A DNA stretch of 32,000 nucleotides from assembly GCA_016699045.1 (NCBI GenBank), contig CP064957.1, positions 33,613 to 65,612 on the forward strand. The letters are read 5' to 3'. A model generated the notes under the pieces. That model had not been told where the DNA came from. It made no database searches and was given only the letters and a program-made list of their open reading frames with translations. The position numbers were made by a program, and so were the translations under genes. This document shows, in pieces, positions 8,294 to 15,547 of the stretch (positions within the stretch are counted from its first letter, which is position 1; each line of letters begins with the position of its first letter). The DNA comes from a bacterium (GTDB lineage Bacteria > Babelota > Babeliae > Babelales > RVW-14).

Positions 8294-9130
8294 ATGAAAC
8301 AAAGTATTTTTTTGGTAGCTGGCCGCCTGGCAAGTAGGATCTTTTTTAGATTTTCTTGTGCTTTCATAATAGCTTTGCTCAGCTTTGCTCAGCTTTGCTC
8401 AGCTCAACAGCCACTCATCCCTCATGACCCCAATTTTTTGTCGTTGCCTAATAATGCGCGAACTGAGATCATTTCTCGCGAGCCTTTGATCATCTTGATC
8501 AATAATTTTATTACCGATGATGAGGCCAAAGCGCTCAAACAAGCAGCTCAACCTTTGCTCAAGAAATCGCTTGTTGTTGATGGTGAAAAGATTGATATTG
8601 AACATCCTGATAGAACATCAAGCTCGGCGTTTCTTACTATTGACTCATCCTCATCGCTTGCCTTGCCTATTACCAAGCGAGCAACTGATTTTCTGCGCAC
8701 TACGACAACACACGCCGAAGGGCTTCAAGTTGTCCACTACAAAAATCATCAGCGTTATGATACACATTTCGATTATTTTGATCGAACCCAGCCAAGCGGA
8801 CGAGCAGCAATTGGCGCCCGTGGTCAACGGGTTGCAACCGTTTTGGTTTACCTCAACGACGTGCAACCTGATTCTGGGGGTGAAACATTTTTCCCCAAAA
8901 TTGGCGAGGGGCTTAAGGTTCGGCCTCAAAAAAATATGGCTGTTTTTTGGTATAACGTTCTGCCCTCAGGGCTGGAAGATGGAAGAACGTTGCACGCTGG
9001 TCTTCCGATAACTGGCGGTGAAAAATATGCACTTAATATTTGGATTCGAGACCCTCGTCTTGTTAATCAGGTAAATGAAACCCCGACCTCGCTATTAGTG
9101 GCTGCAAACAACGAGCAAGCTGATAAATAA
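8294..9130 (+). CDS. Prolyl 4-hydroxylase-like 2OG-Fe(II) oxygenase with an N-terminal signal peptide
   Basis: Signal or TM segment FRFSCAFIIALLSFAQLCSA. Catalytic-type motifs are YKNHQRYDTHFDYF (H-x-D), GGETFFP, and RTLHAGLPITGGEKYALNIWIR (distal His plus a basic residue). Confidence 0.85.
   Translation: MKQSIFLVAGRLASRIFFRFSCAFIIALLSFAQLCSAQQPLIPHDPNFLSLPNNARTEIISREPLIILINNFITDDEAKALKQAAQPLLKKSLVVDGEKIDIEHPDRTSSSAFLTIDSSSSLALPITKRATDFLRTTTTHAEGLQVVHYKNHQRYDTHFDYFDRTQPSGRAAIGARGQRVATVLVYLNDVQPDSGGETFFPKIGEGLKVRPQKNMAVFWYNVLPSGLEDGRTLHAGLPITGGEKYALNIWIRDPRLVNQVNETPTSLLVAANNEQADK
8371..8404. repeat. Decanucleotide tandem repeat (AGCTTTGCTC x 3.4) in the signal-peptide coding region
   Basis: Perfect copies lie at 8371-8380, 8381-8390 and 8391-8400, followed by a partial AGCT. 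The unit length is not a multiple of 3. Confidence 0.9.
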
Positions 9131-9183
9131 GCAAAAGAACTGTAGATTCTATAAATGCAGCAATGATTGTCTTGCATGCAAAG

Positions 9184-9220
9184 AGCCCCCGGCCCTGCCT
9201 GGTCGGCAAGATCGGGGGCT
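9184..9220. terminator. GC-rich hairpin between convergent genes
   Basis: AGCCCCCG (9184-9191) pairs with CGGGGGCT (9213-9220). There is no clear T-run, so termination function is uncertain. Confidence 0.35.
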
Positions 9221-9247
9221 AGTTCGGATTGATAGTTTAACGTTGTG

Positions 9248-9580
9248 TTACTTGGCGGCGTTTGCAAGTGCATCAAATGCACCAGCGTCCATGTTTAGCT
9301 CAGCTTGTGCGGTTATTTTGAGTAGTGAGGCTATTTTAGGTGCTAATGGTACGTTTACTTTATTATTGTAATGGGCTCCAAGTATTGCTTCAACTGTTGA
9401 TGCTGTGTCAGGCTGTAGTTCGTTAATTAGGTTTTGTATAGATTGGATTGATTTCAATACGCCAAGCTGTGCCCGGGCAATATCTTTTGCAGGGACGCTG
9501 GCCGCTGCTGAGATCGAATTACTAAAAACAACCGAACAAGCAATTATTACACCAACGAAGATTGCTTTGATTTTTTTCAT
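9248..9580 (-). CDS. Small secreted protein (hypothetical)
   Basis: 110 aa with signal peptide MKKIKAIFVGVIIACSVVFSNSISAAA and an AAGGAA ribosome-binding site. It begins 15 nt downstream of the stop of the (PA)n gene, so the two are probably co-transcribed. Confidence 0.75.
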   Translation of the reverse strand: MKKIKAIFVGVIIACSVVFSNSISAAASVPAKDIARAQLGVLKSIQSIQNLINELQPDTASTVEAILGAHYNNKVNVPLAPKIASLLKITAQAELNMDAGAFDALANAAK

Positions 9581-9595
9581 ATTTATTCCTTATTA

Positions 9596-10654
9596 TTAAG
9601 CTGTAATTACGTTCCATGCGGTATCAAGTTTGGTATCTGCGGGATTTGTTAACTGATTATAAATTGCCTGTTCTAGCAAGAAGAGCTTTCTTATTTGTGC
9701 AGCGTCTAGCGCTTTGAAGATAGCCTTGTTATCAGATGATATTGTTCCAAAATTATCGGCAGTTCCAAATTTTATAAAATTTTTGCTGAAATCATCTGGA
9801 CTAACAAACCAAGTTTTTAATGCATATTGTGCTGAAGGTTCGCCTATAATCAGGGTTGCAAGTACGCCATTGTAAGCCAGTTCTCTCTCCGCGTCTGATA
9901 CGCTTGCATCAGCATAGATTTCATTCACTTTAGCCCAGAACTGGTCAGCTGTTCCCGTGCCAGCTCCGAGTACTGCGCTTGGCGTTGTTGATGGTGTTGT
10001 TGCTGGTGCTGGTGCTGGTGCTGGTGCTGGTGGGGTTGCTGGTGCTGGTGCTGGTGCTGGTGTTGCTGGTGCTGGTGCTGGTGCTGGTGCTGGTGCTGGT
10101 GCTGGTGCTGGTGCTGGTGCTGGTGCTGGTGCTGGTGCTGGTGCTGGTGCTGGTGCTGGTGCTGGTGCTGGTGCTGGTGCTGGTGGTGGTGCTGGTGCTG
10201 GTGGGGTTGCTGGTGCTGGTGCTGGTGCTGGTGCTGGTGCTGGTGGGGTTGCTTTTACTTTATTAACGTATTTTGCAAGTTTTTGTGCGTCGTTTGGATG
10301 CTGGGATTTGAGGGCTTGAGGCATTTGCTCATCATAAAATATAGCGTTTATAAGAAGTTTGAATTGAGGCTCTAGTAAAGAATTTTTCTTAACCATTTGG
10401 TGTGCCTTTTTAACGTCGTTGGCTATAGCTTTTGCAAGCGCTGCATTATTAATATGCAAAAAGGTTAAGGCTTTGGTTGCATGATGTTTGATTGTAGGAT
10501 TTTTGCCGTTTGCAAAATCATCAGCATACTTTGGTGCTAATCTTTTGTACTCTGCGATATTTTTATACGGTTGAGTGGTAGCCTGGATGGCAAGGCCTGT
10601 GGTGGCTACCAGGAAGATTCCCAGCAACGACTTTATACGATTGTGTGCTTTCAT
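9596..10654 (-). CDS. Secreted protein with a long (Pro-Ala)n low-complexity linker
   Basis: Signal peptide MKAHNRIKSLLGIFLVATTGLAIQA with a GAGGAG ribosome-binding site. A central run of about 80 aa consists almost entirely of PA dipeptides with occasional T or PP, flanked by ordinary N- and C-terminal domains. Confidence 0.85.
   Translation of the reverse strand: MKAHNRIKSLLGIFLVATTGLAIQATTQPYKNIAEYKRLAPKYADDFANGKNPTIKHHATKALTFLHINNAALAKAIANDVKKAHQMVKKNSLLEPQFKLLINAIFYDEQMPQALKSQHPNDAQKLAKYVNKVKATPPAPAPAPAPAPATPPAPAPPPAPAPAPAPAPAPAPAPAPAPAPAPAPAPAPAPAPAPAPATPAPAPAPATPPAPAPAPAPATTPSTTPSAVLGAGTGTADQFWAKVNEIYADASVSDAERELAYNGVLATLIIGEPSAQYALKTWFVSPDDFSKNFIKFGTADNFGTISSDNKAIFKALDAAQIRKLFLLEQAIYNQLTNPADTKLDTAWNVITA
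10001..10250. repeat. Hexanucleotide microsatellite (GCTGGT)n on the + strand, equal to (CCAGCA)n on the coding strand
   Basis: About 250 nt of the 6-nt unit. The perfect run spans roughly 10065-10186, with variant units (GGGGTT, GTTGCT, GGTGGT) on either side. Confidence 0.95.
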
Positions 10655-10710
10655 TTCTTTCTCCTCAAATTCTTGGGTTAATCGGTCTTTTTCTTCTAAA
10701 ACTAAACAAA

Positions 10711-10754
10711 TTTCTATGTGTCAATTTTAATTATAAAAAGCTGACACATAGAAA
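10711..10754 (-). terminator. Perfect 13-bp inverted repeat downstream of the 10765..12246 gene (terminator or operator)
   Basis: TTTCTATGTGTCA (10711-10723) and TGACACATAGAAA (10742-10754) are separated by 18 nt. On the - strand the hairpin is followed by ATTTGTTTAGTTTT. The distal arm also contains TTGACA upstream of the next gene. Confidence 0.45.
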
Positions 10755-10764
10755 GTCAATAATT

Positions 10765-12246
10765 TTAGAATGAAAAACCTGCTTTACCCCAAACGGCATA
10801 TTGTTCGACCGAGGAATTTTTAGGCGCAAATTCATAATAACCGCCAACGCCTATCGATGTTGGATAGCAGTCATTGATCTTGCATTTGTACGCAACACCT
10901 GCCGACAATTTATGAGTAATTTGTGATGGGGTTTTGGCGGCATCAACGTCAAGGTTGTCTGCAGTAAAGAATTCATCGCCAATCACAGCAAACCGATCAA
11001 CTGCGCTCTCTGAGTCTTGTCCTGGTTTAACAATACCAACTTGGCCGATCAAATCGTCAGTGTTTTTGACCCAGAGCGATTCTTGGTCTTTCCAGTACAA
11101 GTTGTAGCCAATTTCAACCACACAATGCTTGTTTTGGAATGAAAGGTTGAGTAATGCATCGATTTGGCTGTTTGGTTGGACGCGCATGTCGCGGGTCAAA
11201 ACGTTGGCAAGAGGGAAAAATGGCTTATTAACTTGGCCATTGCGAGCACCAAGGTAGTAGTGGCTCAATGGTTCTGAGTTGCCATCGGTAACGTTTTTAA
11301 GCCCGATGGTACGTGTTTCGGTGCCTTCAAACAAATATGAGTAGTTTAAGCAGCCGTCAACGCGTAATTTGCCTTGTTCGCCAGACCATACTTGTGCGCC
11401 GGCATAGATGTTGGCGCCAAGGCCTACATGGTGGCCGTTGCCATAAACTGGTTCAAAAAGATAGGTACCGCGTACTTTTGAGCCGGTTGGGATGGTAACA
11501 AATACTGAAACGAAAGCATGCGCTGTATCAGATTGGAAGTATTTGTAACCAAGTGCCAGGTCAAGGTCAGCAATTCCTGTTTTGCTACGGTCGCCGTCAA
11601 TTTTGCCAAAAGCAAGTGGGACTTGTTGGTTTAGCTCGCCAGTTGTTACGTTAACGTTACCAGCAAAAAAGTCTGCCAGGTCGTAGCTATCGTTGGTTTC
11701 GCTTTCAACAAGGACTTCATTGCCATCATTAATAGTCATTTCCATGTCGGTTTCAACATGAATGATGGGCATGCTTGCTTTGAAAAACAAGTTTTTGATT
11801 GGGGCATTGATATCTTGAATGTAGTCCAAACGGAAACCAAATACTTCGCGTTCTGGATTGAACGTAACATTGCCTCTAACAAATTGTGTGCTTTCGCCTC
11901 CGATGGCATGAATCAAATGGCTGCCGTCTATTTCAACACCATCTGTTGCTGGGTTGCCAACCGCAAAGCCGTTAGTGCCATTACCAAAACCAAAGTAAGC
12001 ACCAAGATCGTCATCGTTGGTCGATGCTTGCCAAAAACCAGTTATTTGAACGTGGCTGTTGATGCCATGCTTTTCTTTGTGTTGTTTGAAAAAGTGTGAA
12101 TGCCAAGTTGTCCATTCCATAGCGCTGTCAACGTTGGTTGGTCGTGGCATTAAAAATGTTTTACCTGAATATTGGCGGTCGTTGTCGGCATACAAGCTGC
12201 CGACGCACAATGCTAAAAGTGCGAGTATGCGAAGATGTATTTTCAT
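10765..12246 (-). CDS. Outer-membrane beta-barrel protein (porin-like), paralog 1
   Basis: Signal peptide MKIHLRILALLALCVGSLYA with a GGAGAAGGA ribosome-binding site. The C-terminus ends ...WGKAGFSF, with the terminal Phe typical of OMPs. Blocks shared with 18490..20037 and 21031..22602 include FL-x-PR, TGIADLDL, VTIPTG, GNGHH, LNYSYLFEGTE-RT-GLK and TPSQ. Confidence 0.8.
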   Translation of the reverse strand: MKIHLRILALLALCVGSLYADNDRQYSGKTFLMPRPTNVDSAMEWTTWHSHFFKQHKEKHGINSHVQITGFWQASTNDDDLGAYFGFGNGTNGFAVGNPATDGVEIDGSHLIHAIGGESTQFVRGNVTFNPEREVFGFRLDYIQDINAPIKNLFFKASMPIIHVETDMEMTINDGNEVLVESETNDSYDLADFFAGNVNVTTGELNQQVPLAFGKIDGDRSKTGIADLDLALGYKYFQSDTAHAFVSVFVTIPTGSKVRGTYLFEPVYGNGHHVGLGANIYAGAQVWSGEQGKLRVDGCLNYSYLFEGTETRTIGLKNVTDGNSEPLSHYYLGARNGQVNKPFFPLANVLTRDMRVQPNSQIDALLNLSFQNKHCVVEIGYNLYWKDQESLWVKNTDDLIGQVGIVKPGQDSESAVDRFAVIGDEFFTADNLDVDAAKTPSQITHKLSAGVAYKCKINDCYPTSIGVGGYYEFAPKNSSVEQYAVWGKAGFSF

Positions 12247-12407
12247 TATCTTTCCTTCTCCTTTTTGAATAGAACCTTTCTCCGTGCAGCCTTGAATATT
12301 TGCGTGATAATATTCTGGTACTGCGTACTTTACTACTTCGATCTGAGGTTATACAAAGGTTTTGGGGAGTGCAATATTTTTTATAAAAAATTGCTTTTTT
12401 GTTTGTT

Positions 12408-12586
12408 GATACGTATTTTTTGTTTTATTCTGATGTAACATCCCGATCGTGCTGAGCTTAGCCTGCCCGTCGTAGCTCGCAGAGCGTAGTCGGGTCGAAG
12501 CATGTGAAGTCAGGGCTTCAAAGTTCAAGGTAGCTTGAAGAAGAACAAAAAAGTTAGTTATGAAAAATCAGAGGCTGTAAGAAAAA
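12408..12586. repeat. Composite repeat block to the left of TA cassette 1
   Basis: GATACGTATTTTTTGTTTTATTCTGAT (12408-12434) recurs at 13815-13840. A type B hairpin, GCCCGTCGTAGCTCGCAGAGCGTAGTCGGG, lies within 12461-12500. The tail AACAAAAAAGTTAGTTATGAAAAATCAGAGGCTGTAAGAAAAA (12544-12586) recurs inverted at 13897-13940. Confidence 0.8.
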
Positions 12587-12628
12587 TTTATGTTATAGTG
12601 GTTCGGTAGAGAGTTTTTTTAAAAAAAG

Positions 12629-12934
12629 ATGGAAATTATGAATTATCAAGATATAGAGCCATACCGAAAAGATCTTATAAAAATTATCTTCCACTATTTC
12701 CCATCGTGCCAAATATATCTTTTTGGATCACGAGCAACGCAAACTAATAACCCACATTCAGATATTGATTTGGCGATTGATTGTGGCCGCGTGGTGCCAT
12801 TGCACGATCTTTCTGCTTTGATTGAGGCCATTGACGGACTTAATATTCCGTTTTACGTTGATATTGTTGATGTACGTAATACATCGCCGGTAATGGTTGA
12901 GCAAATTAATAAATGTGGGATTTTATGGAAATAA
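12629..12934 (+). CDS. Minimal nucleotidyltransferase (MNT, HI0073-like antitoxin component), pair 1
   Basis: The sequence IYLFGSRATQTNNPHSDIDLAID carries the G-S...D-x-D polymerase-beta-fold NTase motif, and VDIVDV supplies the third acidic residue. About 100 aa, overlapping the partner gene. Confidence 0.85.
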   Translation: MEIMNYQDIEPYRKDLIKIIFHYFPSCQIYLFGSRATQTNNPHSDIDLAIDCGRVVPLHDLSALIEAIDGLNIPFYVDIVDVRNTSPVMVEQINKCGILWK

Positions 12935-13362
12935 TGACAGGAATTGAAAAATTAATTATTAAACAAACAACAACCTTACAAGCGTTGGCAAGACTTAAAG
13001 AAGAATTAGAAACTTTAAGTAAGCTTGATAATAGTTCATCTGGTGATCAAAAATTAATACGTACCTATCGTAATTCTGTAACCAAACTTTTTGAAATTTC
13101 ATTCGATCTCTTTTGGAAATATGTTAAAGAATACCTTTGGGGCATGCACGGCATTGATCAACAATCTCCCAAAAATGTATTTCGCGAATGTTTTAAGCTT
13201 GACTTTGTCAGTCAGGCAGAAACAACTCAGCTCTTAACGATGGTTGATGAACGCAATAAGTTGGTTCATACCTACAATGAAGAAGTGGCAATTCTTATCT
13301 CGTACAACATTCCTCAGTATTATAACTTGATGAATCAGTTGCTTGATGCTATGAAAGTTTAA
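12934..13362 (+). CDS. HI0074-like NTase substrate-binding / HEPN-type protein (putative toxin component), pair 1
   Basis: R-x4-H motif in DERNKLVHTY, and homology to 20498..20926. ATG 12934 overlaps the upstream TAA as TAATG; in-frame upstream ATGs at 12913 and 12925 are alternative starts. Confidence 0.8.
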   Translation: MTGIEKLIIKQTTTLQALARLKEELETLSKLDNSSSGDQKLIRTYRNSVTKLFEISFDLFWKYVKEYLWGMHGIDQQSPKNVFRECFKLDFVSQAETTQLLTMVDERNKLVHTYNEEVAILISYNIPQYYNLMNQLLDAMKV

Positions 13363-13426
13363 GATAATAATTGAGGTCCGCATGATCAGCAGGGCAAAAA
13401 AGATATTTGGTGATCAATTGATAATT

Positions 13427-13816
13427 TTATGTTTTGATAAACCCACCAATTCCTTGCGCGGTAATTTTGTCTGCCAACGGAAATGTTGCATGATGCGGAT
13501 GTACCACATACAAATGGTCTAGTTTAAGATCTTGTAATGCGATTGTCATGGATGGGGTGTCGGTATATTTAATTTCAAAACCAAGTCGCTTACCATCTTT
13601 TATAATTAAAAGATCAAGTTCAGCACCGCTTTGCGTTGCCCAAAAAAAACATTCTTCAGGTTGTGCATGATACGTTTTGATAATTTCTTCGAGCACAAAA
13701 CCTTCCCACGAAGGGCCAAGCCGCGGGTAAACTTGCAATGCTGCATTGTCATTGATGCCCAAAAGTGCATGCAGCAGGCCGCTGTCGCGCAGATAAATTT
13801 TGGGCGATTTTACTGA
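13427..13816 (-). pseudogene. C-terminal fragment of a DUF4143-type AAA ATPase, 5' truncated
   Basis: KSPKIYLRDSGLLHALLGINDNAALQVYPRLG...FFWATQSGAELDLLIIKDGKRLGFEIK aligns with the C-terminal third of the intact ATPase at 14316..15488 (KSPKLYFYDTGLACWLL...VYFWRDSHGHEVDCLLDYGVDLVPIEIK). The P-loop part is absent, and homology ends at the repeat at 13815. Confidence 0.75.
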
Positions 13817-13896
13817 TACGTATTTTTTGTTTTTTCTGATTTTCTTTTTGTTCCTTTTCTAGCGAGCATTGCTCTTTTAGTACTAATTTTTTTAGC

Positions 13897-14095
13897 TTTT
13901 TTTACAATCTCTGCTTTTTTCATAACTAACTTTTTTTGTTTTGCCCCTTCGAGACGCCTCGCTCCTCAGGGTGAGCGGGAGCGCTTTTCTTTCTTTTAAT
14001 CCGTGCGCCCTGTTTGCCCGTCGCAGCTTTAGCGAAGTCGGGAGTTTGTCGAAGGGTAGGCCGTATGTCCTGCTTGCCCGGCGTTTCGACGTGTG
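13897..14095. repeat. Composite repeat block to the right of TA cassette 1, inverted relative to 12441-12586
   Basis: Positions 13897-13940 are the reverse complement of 12544-12586 with a few mismatches. They are followed by CCTTCGAGACGCC, a GCCCGTCGCAGCTTTAGCGAAGTCGGGAG hairpin and CGAAGGGTAGGCCGTATG, all type B family members. Confidence 0.8.
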
Positions 14096-14315
14096 CTTTT
14101 TTGGCAACAACTCCGTAGGCCTTTTTATGATTTGTCCTTGTAAATTGTCATTTCAATTTAAAAATTACAAGGATGGTGGGCAGTTGGAGTTTGTTGTTGA
14201 TGCAGTTAAAGCCTCTTTGGGACGTGTTTTTAAGCAGGGTTGTGTAATTATGTAAGTCGGGTTATAGTTTTACACAGGTAGCTTTAAGATGGTCTCTGGT
14301 GCTGAAAGGAAAAGT

Positions 14316-15488
14316 ATGTTTATCGAAAGAACCTTGAAGCCGGTGTTGCTTCACTACGCCTCAAAATTTGCTGTTGTTGCCGTTGTTGGTCCGCGGCAGT
14401 CTGGAAAAACGACGTTAACCAAAGAGGTGTTTGCCAATTATCGTTACTTCTCTTTGGAAGATCCCGATACGCTAGAAGCGGTGCGTAGCGATCCGCGCGG
14501 TTTTTTGGAACGTGATTATGGCACGCCTGGCATGATTATCGACGAATTTCAAAATGAACCGACTTTGTTGTCGTACATGCAAGGCATTGTGGACAGTAAC
14601 TATCGGCCTGGTTATTTTATTTTGACCGGTTCCCAAAACTTTTTGATGAACGAAGCGATTACGCAATCGTTGGCCGGTCGCGTTGCGTTACTCACGCTTT
14701 TACCCTTAACAGCTAACGAATTGCAGCAAAGTGCTTTGTTGCCAGAGCAGGTTGATGTCGCCATTTTTAATGGTGGCTATCCAAATATCTTTTCGCGTGG
14801 CATGAGTCCGAGTGAATTTTATCCGCAGTATACAAAAACGTATGTTGAGCGCGATGTTCGGCAGTTAGTGAATGTTGCAAAGCTGAGTGAGTTTCAACGC
14901 TTTATGCGGCTGTGCGCTGGCCGCATCGGGCAAATTTTTAATGCTTCGTCCTTGGCTGATGATTGCAATGTGAGTGTGCCAACAATCAATTCCTGGGTTT
15001 CAATTCTTGAAGCTAGCTATGTTTTATTTTTATTGCAGCCGCATTTTAAAAATTTTAGCAAGCGTCTCATTAAGTCGCCCAAACTTTATTTTTACGATAC
15101 CGGGCTTGCATGCTGGCTGTTAAAAATTGGTTCAGTTGAGCAGTTGCATGATCATTATTTGCGTGGCGGATTAATGGAATCGTTTGTGGTGGCAGAATTG
15201 TATAAAACATTTTACAACAAAGGCCTTGAGCCAACGGTTTATTTTTGGCGTGATAGCCATGGCCATGAAGTTGATTGTTTATTAGATTATGGTGTTGATC
15301 TGGTACCGATTGAGATTAAATCTGGGGCAACGGTTAATCAACGGTTTTTTGATAATCTTACATTTTGGCACACGCTTGCCGGCACTGATCGGTCGCAGGG
15401 CTATGTTGTTTATGCTGGTACTGAAAAGCATGAGCGCAGTTTCGGGACGGTAGTGAGTTGGCAGGATGTTAGTAGTATGGTGCGATAG
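14316..15488 (+). CDS. AAA ATPase with a DUF4143-type C-terminal domain
   Basis: Walker A motif GPRQSGKTTL, Walker B-like MIIDEFQ, and a C-terminal restriction-endonuclease-like block FWRDSHGHEVDCLL...IEIKSG. I place the start at ATG 14316 (MFIERTLK), after AAAGGAAAAG. Confidence 0.85.
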   Translation: MFIERTLKPVLLHYASKFAVVAVVGPRQSGKTTLTKEVFANYRYFSLEDPDTLEAVRSDPRGFLERDYGTPGMIIDEFQNEPTLLSYMQGIVDSNYRPGYFILTGSQNFLMNEAITQSLAGRVALLTLLPLTANELQQSALLPEQVDVAIFNGGYPNIFSRGMSPSEFYPQYTKTYVERDVRQLVNVAKLSEFQRFMRLCAGRIGQIFNASSLADDCNVSVPTINSWVSILEASYVLFLLQPHFKNFSKRLIKSPKLYFYDTGLACWLLKIGSVEQLHDHYLRGGLMESFVVAELYKTFYNKGLEPTVYFWRDSHGHEVDCLLDYGVDLVPIEIKSGATVNQRFFDNLTFWHTLAGTDRSQGYVVYAGTEKHERSFGTVVSWQDVSSMVR

Positions 15489-15495
15489 TTTTTCA

Positions 15496-15526
15496 AAAAA
15501 AAGAGCTAGGCATGAGGCCTAGCTCC
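15496..15526 (-). terminator. Rho-independent terminator of the 15548..17224 gene
   Basis: On the - strand, GAGCTAGGC-ctcat-GCCTAGCTC is followed by TTTTTTTT. Confidence 0.7.
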
Positions 15527-15547
15527 GTGAGTGTTGTAAAGGTTCTT

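Noticed and set aside
8399-9011. The alternative-frame ORF 8517..9011 (+) and the antisense ORFs 8399..8605 and 8651..8929 within the P4H gene.
   Set aside because: The P4H frame carries all the catalytic motifs and a signal peptide. The other frames have no motifs.
9957-10319. Plus-strand ORFs encoding poly(Gly-Ala) and poly(Leu-Val) proteins (9957..10319 and 9979..10266).
   Set aside because: They are alternative-frame, antisense readings of the (GCTGGT)n microsatellite. The minus-strand gene has a signal peptide, a ribosome-binding site and ordinary flanking domains, so these ORFs are artefacts of the repeat.
13892-14255. ORFs 13892..14110 (-) and 13941..14255 (+). The same applies to 6344..6541 (-), 6159..6341 (+), 17313..17498 (+) and 17506..17703 (-).
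   Set aside because: All lie inside type A or type B repeat clusters and encode the recurrent repeat peptides (LPFDKLPTSLKLRRA, SLSKGRP, RQAQDIRTQSEW). They have no ribosome-binding site and no independent support.
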